Shown one piece after another: positions 7,075-16,278 of a stretch of 34,986 nt of DNA. The DNA lies in UHGV virus genome UHGV-0285842. The stretch is one strand, 5' to 3'. The notes below the pieces were generated by a model. That model saw nothing but the letters and a program-made list of their open reading frames with translations, did no database searches and was not told where the DNA came from. How positions within the stretch are numbered: position 1 is the first letter of the stretch; every line of letters begins with the position of its first letter. The translations under genes were made by a program, and so were the position numbers. Source of the stretch: a virus.

Positions 7075-10000
7075 TTAAGAAACAGAAATACCAGTAGCGG
7101 CTTTCTTAGTTACCATTACCGTTAGATCGCTGATATATGCACTTGGGTTATAGTTGTTAACGCCCTTACAGTAAACTTCAAAAGTCATTGTTACTGCCCC
7201 GTGTCCGGCTGGCATGTCAATAACTCCACTGTACATACAGCCAGAAGTTGCAGTGCGATCATATAGAACACCACCATTTTTCTTAACGATTAGTCGGCAA
7301 GTATCCCAATGATCGCTACTTTCGCCACGACGAACAGACCCGTTATGATGAATCGCTGGAATCACTATTTGGCGATCGAATGGATGATCATCTTCGACCC
7401 TTACAGTGATTGCACCATCAGGCCAGTTTGGTTGGCGATGTGGGAAACTCCTACCAACCACTTTCACGAAGTCACCACGCACCTGATTAGCATCAAGCAT
7501 ACCCAAAATGCGGCAACTTGAATTAATCGTTACGTTGTTCATTTCGCCGGAATCAGCCACCAAATGACCACGAATATTAGCGTGTCTAAAATGACAAGTG
7601 CCATCTTTGCCGATATACCATCCATCGTTACCATTCCAGTTATAAGACTGGATATAGTTACCAATTTTAGCATTATCGATAGAGCCATCAATGATATGAC
7701 CTGTTCCGATCTGTGCGTGTTGGATGTGAGCGCCGTTAATCTGGGCTGTGCCGATCTTAGCCGTGGTGATACTAGCATCACTAATCTGGGCTGTGCCAAT
7801 TGCAGCATTACGAATCATCGCATTATCAAGATAAACTTTGTTATCTTCGATGCCAAACGGACAAACTTCTGATCCGTCTTGTGGAGCTACCGCGATTTTA
7901 TCAGCCGTAAAGATGATTCTTGTCGGTTCTGCCGGATCATTGGTTGCGCTCATATGAATACCAGCCACGCGACCATCTGCATTAACTGCCAGATTATATT
8001 TGCTGTTAATGGTTCCCTTCAAAGCATCGATTTTTACATCTGCTTCCTGATTCACACCAGCAATCTTGCCATCCATTTCTACCCGAACTTGATCAATCTT
8101 ACTTGCGCTTGCTGCCTCACTGGTAGCAATTGCTTGTTTCAGGGTAGTAGCGGATGCGCTAACTTCTTTGGTGATATCGCCTTTCAGTTCAGCTTTAACC
8201 TGATCAATCTTAGTTGCGCTGGCTTGCTCACTGGTAGCAATCAGACTCTTGAGAGTATCGGCTGAGGCTTGGACCGTCTGCCCTGTCTCGGTAGTAATCT
8301 GTTTATGCATTGCATCAATCTTAGCATCGGCATTAGCGCCAGCTTGAGCAATAGCATCCGCGATGGTTTCATCTAAGCGATCTTGTAAACCAATCAGGTC
8401 TTCCAGTGCTTCTTTGTCCTGATCGTCCCAGCTAATGGTAGATTTCATTTGCATGAAATACGGTTCAGACCAAACAGCATCATCCATGCCGAAAATATCA
8501 TAGTGAGCACCACGGATATAATAATCACCGTCAGCCAAATCAAAGGAAGTATGACTAACGCTATTGGTAGTCACTGCCCTTGCATCGGAGAAAGTATTAT
8601 CGGTTGCATACTGGATGATTGACCCTGCATAGTCATGTTCTACGTCATCCGCCCAGCTAACAAACGCAGTATTAAAGCCACCACGCGCACTAAAACCTTT
8701 CATCGGCTTATGTTGTGGGTTGATAGCCACTAAACGCGCTGGGGCGCTCTCTGAGTTGTTATAGCCCTTGACTGATACTTCTACCGTCAATTCACGGGAA
8801 AGGCCGTTAAACTGGTTCATATCAAGCGTATAAGTCCATGATTCAGGATCGCGGGTACGGTACTGAATAGACTTACCAGCCTTGTTAGTTACCTTGATAA
8901 TGTATGCTTCAAACAGGTCACTAAACTTGTTAGCTTCACCGTTGATCATCACATCTAATTGTTGCTGATTTTCCCATTCGATAATCAGATCATTGCCTTC
9001 GAAAGTACCAGGCGTGCTACCCTGATTTTTGATTCGAATAACCGGAGTCGGCAATTCATAGGTAACAGTAGGATTCTGGTTAACCAGTTCCACCCATTCG
9101 GAACGAGCAATAATACCGAAAGCACAAACGCGGTAATCGTAGGAGCGATCTTTTGCCAGTGCATTGATATTGAAAATTTGCTGTGAAGTCTGCCCCAGCT
9201 TAATCCAGTTAGGCGATCCACTTACACGGTAATCAATCTGGAAACCGTAGCGGTTAAAATCTTCCGGTGCATCCCATGTCAAAGTAACGTTTTTACCGTG
9301 GATTGTCTCACCAGTTGCCTTAATTCTGAAATTAGTAGGCTTCTGTACTGTCATTGAATCCGGTAAACCAGTAGGTCTATTGTCTGGAGTCGCCGCATAG
9401 TTCAGGTCAGTATAAACCTGAGAATTATATTCTGTAGCGGTGATAGTCATCATCCCAGCAATACCAGAATCAATCGAGCGATCAATTGCAGTAATACGCC
9501 ATAAGGAATTATTCAGCTTCAATTCATCATATGTTACGCTGATAACGTCCCAAACTTCGGCAGTGAATGCGTCAGTAGTCATAAAGCTGATAACCTGAGT
9601 GATACGAGATTTATTTCGTTCTACACTCGCTAGTTTATCAATCTGGGCTTTAGACTTAACAAAACGATATTCAATATCTTTAGCGATAATTCGACCATCT
9701 TGACGAATAGTAGCATCGTTTTCAGCATCAGCCGGATAACGTAGCATTTGCTCTGAATAGTCGATTGATGGTTCTTGATACATCGCGTTAATGGTATTGA
9801 AATAACCGTTAGTGCCACCTGTTTTCAGTGATACCTTACCCATCATGATATTGTCTTCATTGAAGGTATGCTTAACAATATCAGGAGCATCCAGTTTCAG
9901 CGTAATACGTCCAAAGGATTCGAACATCACCCCGCCGAAAGTCTGCATAAGGCTAGTTAAGTTCTCTTTAAAGCTGGCGTTCGGATCACATGCACCGTTG

Positions 10001-10821
10001 GAATGTAAATCCATCTGGCGTACTTGTTTACGCACTTTCAGGAATGAATCAACGTTAATATTTTCAATCGGTACACTAAGACCATACTTTGTATTTGTCA
10101 GATAATGGAAAATCTGGTCCACGCCGTTAGTGCTAGCCTCAATAGCATTGGTTTCAAGGTTACGAATCTTTAAGCCCATAACATCGACCGCTACCTGGCT
10201 ATTAGGCTGGAGAATATCAACACCAGCAGCCAAAGATTTGTCATCACGACGTAAAACAATACACATGGTCGCAATGCCGTTACCCTGATACCGATCATCC
10301 CAATCAGCGCCCAAATGATGTTTAGCTAAATCCAATGCAGTGTTAGGATTTTTACCCGTGCGAAACTCGACTTCTAAAACTTTGCGGTATTCGTCTTTAA
10401 TGTTTCCTTTATCGAGAATGCCATCACGAATTGTCATATTCTGGCTAATGAGAACGTTTTTATTATCGATGTGCAGTGCTTTAAAGTGATCGATCTCACC
10501 TTCGGCAATAGCAAAAATTTGTACCAGCTTGTTATTTTCACGCTGTGAAATTGCCTTGTAAACGCAGATTGCACCCGTGCGGGTAGTACCAAAAAGAACG
10601 GGTAATACTGTTTTCGGATCGTTTGATGTTCCTAGTGTCACCGCATTATCTGGGCTTTGTACTTTCGGTGTTTTTGGTGCGCCTACAGTGGAAGCGATCA
10701 AGGTCATTGCACCAGCAGCCATCCCGATAGCGACTGCGGTCATAACAGAAAATGTTGCGGCTGCCGCCATCCCCGCCGAAGCACCAGCGATCACCGCGCC
10801 TACTAATATTTCAAATCCCAT
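7075..10821 (-). CDS. central tail fibre / host-specificity protein, lambda gpJ-like (1248 aa)
   Basis: N-proximal block LVQIFAIAEGEIDHFKALHIDNKNVL resembles the lambda J N-terminus; fibronectin-III-like segment; C-terminal 120 aa (DDHPFDRQIV...MPAGHG...MVTKKAATGISVS) parallels the lambda J receptor-binding end as I recall it. Start overlaps the stop of the upstream gene (TAATG). Confidence 0.85.
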   Translation of the reverse strand: MGFEILVGAVIAGASAGMAAAATFSVMTAVAIGMAAGAMTLIASTVGAPKTPKVQSPDNAVTLGTSNDPKTVLPVLFGTTRTGAICVYKAISQRENNKLVQIFAIAEGEIDHFKALHIDNKNVLISQNMTIRDGILDKGNIKDEYRKVLEVEFRTGKNPNTALDLAKHHLGADWDDRYQGNGIATMCIVLRRDDKSLAAGVDILQPNSQVAVDVMGLKIRNLETNAIEASTNGVDQIFHYLTNTKYGLSVPIENINVDSFLKVRKQVRQMDLHSNGACDPNASFKENLTSLMQTFGGVMFESFGRITLKLDAPDIVKHTFNEDNIMMGKVSLKTGGTNGYFNTINAMYQEPSIDYSEQMLRYPADAENDATIRQDGRIIAKDIEYRFVKSKAQIDKLASVERNKSRITQVISFMTTDAFTAEVWDVISVTYDELKLNNSLWRITAIDRSIDSGIAGMMTITATEYNSQVYTDLNYAATPDNRPTGLPDSMTVQKPTNFRIKATGETIHGKNVTLTWDAPEDFNRYGFQIDYRVSGSPNWIKLGQTSQQIFNINALAKDRSYDYRVCAFGIIARSEWVELVNQNPTVTYELPTPVIRIKNQGSTPGTFEGNDLIIEWENQQQLDVMINGEANKFSDLFEAYIIKVTNKAGKSIQYRTRDPESWTYTLDMNQFNGLSRELTVEVSVKGYNNSESAPARLVAINPQHKPMKGFSARGGFNTAFVSWADDVEHDYAGSIIQYATDNTFSDARAVTTNSVSHTSFDLADGDYYIRGAHYDIFGMDDAVWSEPYFMQMKSTISWDDQDKEALEDLIGLQDRLDETIADAIAQAGANADAKIDAMHKQITTETGQTVQASADTLKSLIATSEQASATKIDQVKAELKGDITKEVSASATTLKQAIATSEAASASKIDQVRVEMDGKIAGVNQEADVKIDALKGTINSKYNLAVNADGRVAGIHMSATNDPAEPTRIIFTADKIAVAPQDGSEVCPFGIEDNKVYLDNAMIRNAAIGTAQISDASITTAKIGTAQINGAHIQHAQIGTGHIIDGSIDNAKIGNYIQSYNWNGNDGWYIGKDGTCHFRHANIRGHLVADSGEMNNVTINSSCRILGMLDANQVRGDFVKVVGRSFPHRQPNWPDGAITVRVEDDHPFDRQIVIPAIHHNGSVRRGESSDHWDTCRLIVKKNGGVLYDRTATSGCMYSGVIDMPAGHGAVTMTFEVYCKGVNNYNPSAYISDLTVMVTKKAATGISVS
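8088..8258. repeat. imperfect ~60-bp direct repeat (period ~111 bp) inside the J-like gene
   Basis: 8088-8148 and 8199-8258 are ~80% identical (both contain GATCAATCTTA...CTCACTGGTAGCAAT), encoding repeated ATSE-AS-KIDQV peptide units. Confidence 0.6.
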
Positions 10822-11240
10822 TATTCACCCCCGAATCTATAAACTTGTTCATAGTCAATGTCTGAAACAGGAATGGTCATCCAGATACCATCTTCTTCAA
10901 CGAGGCCATAACCGGAATAATGAGGAACTACGGAATAATATTTGCGGTTTCCTAATTTGTGGGCTGTGACCAGTAAGTCGCCGTCCTGTAAATCATCAGT
11001 GACTAATTTGAAATGTTTCTTAATTGGTTGAAGGATATTTGTGTATCCGCTTAATTCTTTGCAGATTTTCAAGCCTTCTTCTTTAGTTGAATATTTTTTA
11101 TAAAGAGAATTATATAGGTCAGTACCAGCGAGAATATCGATGATCTTACATGCAATTATATTGCAATCATTCTCGCCTTGAACGAACTCCTGACCTATTA
11201 AAGAATTGATGTAATCGGTGATAAGCCTAGTTTTTAGCAT
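10821..11240 (-). CDS. tail assembly protein, K-like position, with NlpC/P60-like Cys motif
   Basis: ATG 11240 with GGAGG Shine-Dalgarno (track ORF start at 11396 lies inside the upstream gene). GENDCNIIACKIID and downstream His residues suggest a small cysteine-peptidase fold; position between L-like and J-like genes. Confidence 0.45.
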   Translation of the reverse strand: MLKTRLITDYINSLIGQEFVQGENDCNIIACKIIDILAGTDLYNSLYKKYSTKEEGLKICKELSGYTNILQPIKKHFKLVTDDLQDGDLLVTAHKLGNRKYYSVVPHYSGYGLVEEDGIWMTIPVSDIDYEQVYRFGGE

Positions 11241-11286
11241 GTTGAATACCTCCATGCTGTTATTTACTAGGCTTAGGGAGAAGGGA

Positions 11287-11940
11287 TTATTTCTTCGATG
11301 AATGCCACTTGCTTTCCGATTGCCAGCGCCCGGTCCTTGAGAAGAATAGATCATTCTCGTTTCCGGCATAGGATCGGTGGATACCATCGGAGGCATGACT
11401 ACGAGCGTTTTTATCTAGAACTTCCCAGATACTATTAAGCTGAAATTCTGATTCGTTTTTACACTCATCATCTTCATGTTCGATGTTAATCCCGATGGAA
11501 TCGACTACCCCACGGAAAACAGGGTAAGTGGTTTCAACCTTGCCCGTGTTAGGGTTCAGGAACACCATTTCGATTTTCACATCTGATTTATCGAATTGCT
11601 TGTTTCGAATCAGGGTAATGTATTCCTCGCGAACGTTAGAAACGGTTACGTTAATCCCGTTGTTGTTAATCTCCTTCTCTTCGGTATTCGATGAGATTTG
11701 AAGAAAATCACCCGTTGCGAGATACGTAAATCCGTTATAGTCCAAATCGAAATACCCATCAGTAAGCCGTAGAACGTCCCCTGACGCTGTTATCACTTCG
11801 ATAATGTGAAACATCGATCCAGTGGAAAAAAGCTGCGGTAGCGTCAATCTAGTCACGTTCTGACCTGTCTGGTCGTTGTAGACCTCGATGAAGTCCAGAT
11901 TAGTGCATAGTTTGCTGAATGATTCCTGAATAGTTGCCAT
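11287..11940 (-). CDS. minor tail protein, L-like position (217 aa)
   Basis: ATG 11940 overlaps the stop of the upstream gene (TAATG); synteny with lambda L. Confidence 0.5.
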   Translation of the reverse strand: MATIQESFSKLCTNLDFIEVYNDQTGQNVTRLTLPQLFSTGSMFHIIEVITASGDVLRLTDGYFDLDYNGFTYLATGDFLQISSNTEEKEINNNGINVTVSNVREEYITLIRNKQFDKSDVKIEMVFLNPNTGKVETTYPVFRGVVDSIGINIEHEDDECKNESEFQLNSIWEVLDKNARSHASDGIHRSYAGNENDLFFSRTGRWQSESKWHSSKK

Positions 11941-12500
11941 TATACATTCTCCACTAATTCGAATTTCATCTTGCCAATCTGGGCGATCTTCCAATCGATG
12001 TTTTCAGTTTTGAGAACAAATTCACCTTCTACGTTCTGATACTTGATCACCTCACCCGCCAGGACGTTCTGACGCAAGTTAGGGAAGAGTTTCATTTCAC
12101 CACCTGATTTCACGTCTTCGGTGATCGTGTAGATTTTCTTGTGGTTCTCAAACTGGATGACAGTTCCCGCTTTCAGTGTTCCGGTGAAGTTGGAGATTCT
12201 CACCTTACGCCCACCGCGAGCAGTACCAGCAGCAGCCGTTACCATCTGGCGTACATCACCTGTATATTTTGAAAAGTAAGACAGTGGCACACTAAAAGGA
12301 CGACCAAAAAGGTGACGTGCTACAAATTCTTTTACTTCGTTAATATCCTGAGCCATGTAATTCGCGGTAAATTCTGCTTCGTAAAAATGGATGCCAGTAA
12401 AGCGACGCTGGAACTTACCGGAGATAGATTGCGCCTTGAAGAAAGGCTGTTTTGATTTAAGAGTAAAATCTGTGATTTTAATATTCTTGGATTTGAACAT
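11940..12500 (-). CDS. minor tail protein, M-like position (186 aa)
   Basis: ATG 12500 with GGGGG Shine-Dalgarno that lies in the 3' arm of the 12504-12547 hairpin; follows the tape measure gene. Confidence 0.45.
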   Translation of the reverse strand: MFKSKNIKITDFTLKSKQPFFKAQSISGKFQRRFTGIHFYEAEFTANYMAQDINEVKEFVARHLFGRPFSVPLSYFSKYTGDVRQMVTAAAGTARGGRKVRISNFTGTLKAGTVIQFENHKKIYTITEDVKSGGEMKLFPNLRQNVLAGEVIKYQNVEGEFVLKTENIDWKIAQIGKMKFELVENV

Positions 12501-12503
12501 AGA

Positions 12504-12547
12504 AAAGCCCCCATAGTTTTATGATTATTTATCACTATGGGGGCTTT
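12504..12547 (-). terminator. 13-bp perfect hairpin with U-tract immediately after the tape-measure stop; 3' arm contains the next gene's Shine-Dalgarno
   Basis: Arms AAAGCCCCCATAG (12504-12516) and CTATGGGGGCTTT (12535-12547), 18-nt loop; on the minus-strand RNA the stem is followed by UUUUCUAUG (start codon of the 11940-12500 gene). Confidence 0.6.
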
Positions 12548-12550
12548 TAA

Positions 12551-14980
12551 TTACATCTTACGACGCTGAACGTCTTCTATCGCCTGAGCAACAAACTTAG
12601 CGTGACGTTTGATAGCATCCATGACCATCTTGTCTGAGCTATTAACGTTGCCGTTAATGTTCAAAGGCGCATTTACTTCAATCGGCTGAGAGTTACCACC
12701 ACCTGATTTTTGAGCAGCAAGGAAGTCTTTCAAATCACCGTTAGTACGCTGATCAACTACTCGTTCACCCTTATCAAGCAACCATGTACCCTCACGAGGG
12801 ATGTTATCAATACCATCATGAGCCATACCGCTAACGTTAGTAGACTTGATGTTTGCGATGTTCCCCATGTTCTGAGAAACAGCCAATGCAGCAGCCGCGA
12901 TTTTTTGACCTGTGGTGACGTTGGTCGGATCGTTCCATGCATCGGTAGCAGCCGTCCACATGTTCACCGTCGCTTGTCCAATGGAGAATGCTTTATGAGC
13001 ATTGAAAGCCATCTGCATAGCTTTAGTGTTTTCCTGCCCGAAGAGAGTCATTGCAGCAGCAAAACCGCCGTACATATCATCGGCTATTGACTGGCGAGCA
13101 TCAGCATATTTCTTCTCAATTGCAGCCATTCGTTTTTGATGGTTTTCATTGAGTTTTTCTAATGCTTCCATCCGTTTAGCCGGATCATTAATACCGTCAA
13201 TCTTGAGTTTATCGGTCTTATAATCTTGTTCAGCATCCGATTTCTCTTTATCGATTGCATTAAATTTAGCAAACGGATTATTTGAGTCTTGATAATCATA
13301 ACCACTAGTTAATTGATTGGTTTTATAACCATCCATTCCCTGTAAAGAATTTTCAATCTGAGAATAGTTTTGCTCGGTATCGTTCACACGACGCATATAT
13401 TCTTCGTAGGAGATAGCTTTACCATCAAGTAACCGTTTATGGCTTTCTAGCTCGTTGTCCCTGATTTGTTGCAATTGTGTTAAAGCATTCAGAGCATCAA
13501 TCGGATCAGCACCCAACATCATTTTATAAACGTTTTCAGTATTCTGATCGATTAGCGCCTGGCGTTTCGCGGCTGCGTCTTCCTGAGAGATTAAGCCCAG
13601 AGCTAACGCGTCGTTCACATCTTTTAAGCTGTTTTGCAACTGGCTATTTTGAGAAGTGATAGACGCTGCAACTTGCCCTTGCAATTTAACATCAAGTGCA
13701 TTCAGTCGCTTGATTGCATCCTCGCGTGCTTTCTGTGCTTTTTCTGCGGCTTCCTTAGCCTTTTTAGCTGCCTCTTCCGCTTTCTTGCGTGCTTCTTCTT
13801 CGGCTTTCTTCTCATTACCAGACTTACCCAATGATTCTGGTCTTACTGGTTTATTTGGTATAGTCAAATCACGGTTAGGATCTGCCTTGCGGGTTAGATG
13901 TTCCCCGTTATCGACAACAATCAGAGAGCCATTTTTCTTATAAGAATCACCAAAACGTTTCTTAAATCCTTCAACATCAAAGCCAGCAGTACGAGGATCG
14001 ACACCAGCACCACGGATCGCGGCCTTTTCCCAATCTGCCAGATTATTCCAACGCTTTTCTTTATTGTACTTGTCAATAATTTTTTGAGCGTCTTTATGGT
14101 TGGCGTTAAGAATACCGCCAGTTGCGGTCTTGCCTTCTTTATTCAGTCGATCTAATGCCCTGAATAGAGAACTCTTTTCCCAATCAATATTAAACCAGTC
14201 AAATAACCAGTTTAAACTATCAACCAGCGGACCAGAAATGGTCATACCGACACCTTTCAGGTTATTTTCCAGCTTATTGATATTTTGAGAAAATTTATCA
14301 TATTTTTTAGCGTTTTCTTCGGTGACGTTAACAGATTGATTCTGAATAGCGATCATCGCCTCTTGAGCAGTATTATATTTCTCAAGCTGGCTGGTCATAT
14401 GGCTTGAATCACTGGCTAAAGATTCCATCATGAACTTGATTTCAGCCATTGATTTTCCGGCTTTCTTCATGTCATAGAACACTTGGATCGCCGCTTTCAT
14501 ACCACCTTGCGGATCAGTCATGAAGTGAGCATAGTTTTCTAACTTAAGGCCAACCGATTCTAAGTCATCGGCAATACCGCCACCGTTAGCCCATGCATCA
14601 CCCATTTTATCTAAGGTGTCTTTGTTGATATCACCAAATTTTTCAACTGTTAGGCCAGTGCCAGCAAATTCCTTTTCTAGTCTTTGAAGGGATTCAATCG
14701 AGAGTCCGGTCGCCTTAGATACTTCTGAATACTGTTTAACGTATTCCGCACCAGCTTTAGCGGCTGCAACCACTGCGGTCGCAACTAAGCCGATACCACC
14801 AGCAGCTAAACCAGCAGAGCCAGCAATACCACGAAGAGATCCAGTCAGACCAGACAAGCCACCACCAAAATCAATATTACTTGCCTTTTCAGACAAATCA
14901 TCGAGCAGGTCAGCGGCTTCACTAGTGCTTCTCTTTAGCCCTTTATTATCCCCTTCTATTGTTACTATATGTTTTGTCAT
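12551..14980 (-). CDS. tail tape measure protein (809 aa)
   Basis: Size and position after the G/T-like chaperones; N-terminal hydrophobic Gly/Ala segment, long coiled-coil Lys/Glu/Ala region. ATG 14980 with AAGGGGTAA. Confidence 0.8.
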   Translation of the reverse strand: MTKHIVTIEGDNKGLKRSTSEAADLLDDLSEKASNIDFGGGLSGLTGSLRGIAGSAGLAAGGIGLVATAVVAAAKAGAEYVKQYSEVSKATGLSIESLQRLEKEFAGTGLTVEKFGDINKDTLDKMGDAWANGGGIADDLESVGLKLENYAHFMTDPQGGMKAAIQVFYDMKKAGKSMAEIKFMMESLASDSSHMTSQLEKYNTAQEAMIAIQNQSVNVTEENAKKYDKFSQNINKLENNLKGVGMTISGPLVDSLNWLFDWFNIDWEKSSLFRALDRLNKEGKTATGGILNANHKDAQKIIDKYNKEKRWNNLADWEKAAIRGAGVDPRTAGFDVEGFKKRFGDSYKKNGSLIVVDNGEHLTRKADPNRDLTIPNKPVRPESLGKSGNEKKAEEEARKKAEEAAKKAKEAAEKAQKAREDAIKRLNALDVKLQGQVAASITSQNSQLQNSLKDVNDALALGLISQEDAAAKRQALIDQNTENVYKMMLGADPIDALNALTQLQQIRDNELESHKRLLDGKAISYEEYMRRVNDTEQNYSQIENSLQGMDGYKTNQLTSGYDYQDSNNPFAKFNAIDKEKSDAEQDYKTDKLKIDGINDPAKRMEALEKLNENHQKRMAAIEKKYADARQSIADDMYGGFAAAMTLFGQENTKAMQMAFNAHKAFSIGQATVNMWTAATDAWNDPTNVTTGQKIAAAALAVSQNMGNIANIKSTNVSGMAHDGIDNIPREGTWLLDKGERVVDQRTNGDLKDFLAAQKSGGGNSQPIEVNAPLNINGNVNSSDKMVMDAIKRHAKFVAQAIEDVQRRKM

Positions 14981-14991
14981 AAATTACCCCT

Positions 14992-15333
14992 TTAACCGCT
15001 TCTGAGTTTCTCAAGCAAAGATGAATCAAACATGTTCAGCATTGTCGCTTTACGTTCTTCTTCTTTCTTGCGTACAAGTTCTTCCTGTTCTTCTTTAGTT
15101 TTAAAGAGTTTTTCTTCTCTAATTAATTGGAATTGGCTAGGCTTGAGTTTCTTTGCAGTTTCACGAGTCATTCCTTGCGACGTCATATACATGGAATACT
15201 GCAACATCGCATTCTGCATATCATGAAACGCGGGGCTTTGTGGTTCTAAGTAGGTGTCGAAAATGTATAATTTCCAAAATAGAGTGATTGGCATATTATC
15301 CATTTCATCTTTACTAAGCCCCGATCTCATCAT
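14992..15333 (-). CDS. tail assembly chaperone, T-like downstream frame (113 aa)
   Basis: ORF in the -1 frame relative to the upstream G-like gene, no Shine-Dalgarno of its own, directly upstream of the tape measure gene. Confidence 0.5.
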   Translation of the reverse strand: MMRSGLSKDEMDNMPITLFWKLYIFDTYLEPQSPAFHDMQNAMLQYSMYMTSQGMTRETAKKLKPSQFQLIREEKLFKTKEEQEELVRKKEEERKATMLNMFDSSLLEKLRSG

Positions 15334-15362
15334 TTGCCGGAAATAGAAATTCAGAAGCGGGT

Positions 15363-15671
15363 TTACTTTACCTCGTTTTCAATTACCGCCGGATCTTGCA
15401 TCAATGAGGCTTGAGCAACCAAACCGATTAATTCACTGCGGACGTTAGTATACAGTGCCTTAACTTGTTCAATAGATTCAAATACTGGTTTACCGTCTTC
15501 ATCTTCAATACAACGAAGAATCGAACGTTCGTCACGGTCTTCTTTATCAGTATTAAAAACATGTTCGTTAAATTCTTTTACTGACATAGGGCGAGCATAG
15601 AAAGTGAATCCACCGATGGTCAGAGATTCGCGTTTCGGAGAGAGTGCGGCTAACATTTCGTTAATATTCAT
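15363..15671 (-). CDS. tail assembly chaperone, G-like (102 aa)
   Basis: Small acidic protein between tail tube and tape measure genes; AGAGGAAACAAGA before ATG 15671. Confidence 0.55.
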   Translation of the reverse strand: MNINEMLAALSPKRESLTIGGFTFYARPMSVKEFNEHVFNTDKEDRDERSILRCIEDEDGKPVFESIEQVKALYTNVRSELIGLVAQASLMQDPAVIENEVK

Positions 15672-15720
15672 TCTTGTTTCCTCTTAAGTTAATTAGATAT
15701 GTTTATTTAGAATTGGAAAC

Positions 15721-15744
15721 AAAAAAGCCACCCCGAAGGATGGC
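15721..15744 (-). terminator. intrinsic terminator (UUCG-loop hairpin plus U6) after the tail-tube gene
   Basis: Minus-strand RNA reads GCCAUCCUUCGGGGUGGC followed by UUUUUU. Confidence 0.65.
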
Positions 15745-15753
15745 TAGATAATA

Positions 15754-16224
15754 TTAGACTTTCTGGAAAACAGCTTGTTTAACCGGAGCACCATCTACTA
15801 CAAAGGTGAAGGTACGGCCTACTACAGCATCCTCACCACCGGTCATGGTAGTTTTAGACAGGAAGCCGTTATAAGCGATATGTACACCAGATTTTTTCGT
15901 AGCATCGATGTAGTAAGCAATTTTAAGCTGTACGCGCTTACCGTCTTCGGTTGCTTTAATCAGTTTTTCGTGTACTTCGTTACCAGGCATGTAGTTGATC
16001 GAAAGTTCGATATCCGGTACAGACATACGACCAACCAGCTTACGGTTATACGGACCACCGAAGTTAGGAACATCGATAGTAGAACGTTCTACACCAGTTT
16101 CCGGGAAAGCCGCACATTCTGGAATTTCCAGATAGCTTTCACTGTCAAGATCGGTGTTAGTTACTTCTTCATGCAGAAACAGACCAACGAGGCCACCAGA
16201 AAAAATATCAAATTTAGTAGTCAT
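15754..16224 (-). CDS. major tail tube protein (156 aa)
   Basis: Position immediately upstream of the chaperone pair, size and beta-rich composition; AAGGA Shine-Dalgarno; followed by a strong terminator as is common for abundant structural genes. Confidence 0.55.
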   Translation of the reverse strand: MTTKFDIFSGGLVGLFLHEEVTNTDLDSESYLEIPECAAFPETGVERSTIDVPNFGGPYNRKLVGRMSVPDIELSINYMPGNEVHEKLIKATEDGKRVQLKIAYYIDATKKSGVHIAYNGFLSKTTMTGGEDAVVGRTFTFVVDGAPVKQAVFQKV

Positions 16225-16278
16225 TATTCTTTTCCTTCTATTTTAAACAATAGGGCACATACCCGTAATTCTATTTAT

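Noticed and set aside
7309-10969. Multiple short ORFs embedded in or antisense to the J-like gene (for example 7309-7521, 7564-7872, 7879-8265, 8959-9186, 9812-10105, 10577-10969)
   Set aside because: All lie within the 3.7-kb J-like coding sequence and lack ribosome-binding sites.
12710-14288. ORFs antisense to or in alternative frames of the tape measure gene (12710-13090, 13477-13659, 13634-13943, 13898-14155, 14100-14288)
   Set aside because: Contained in a long coherent reading frame with characteristic tape-measure composition; Cys/Phe/Leu-rich antisense-type translations.
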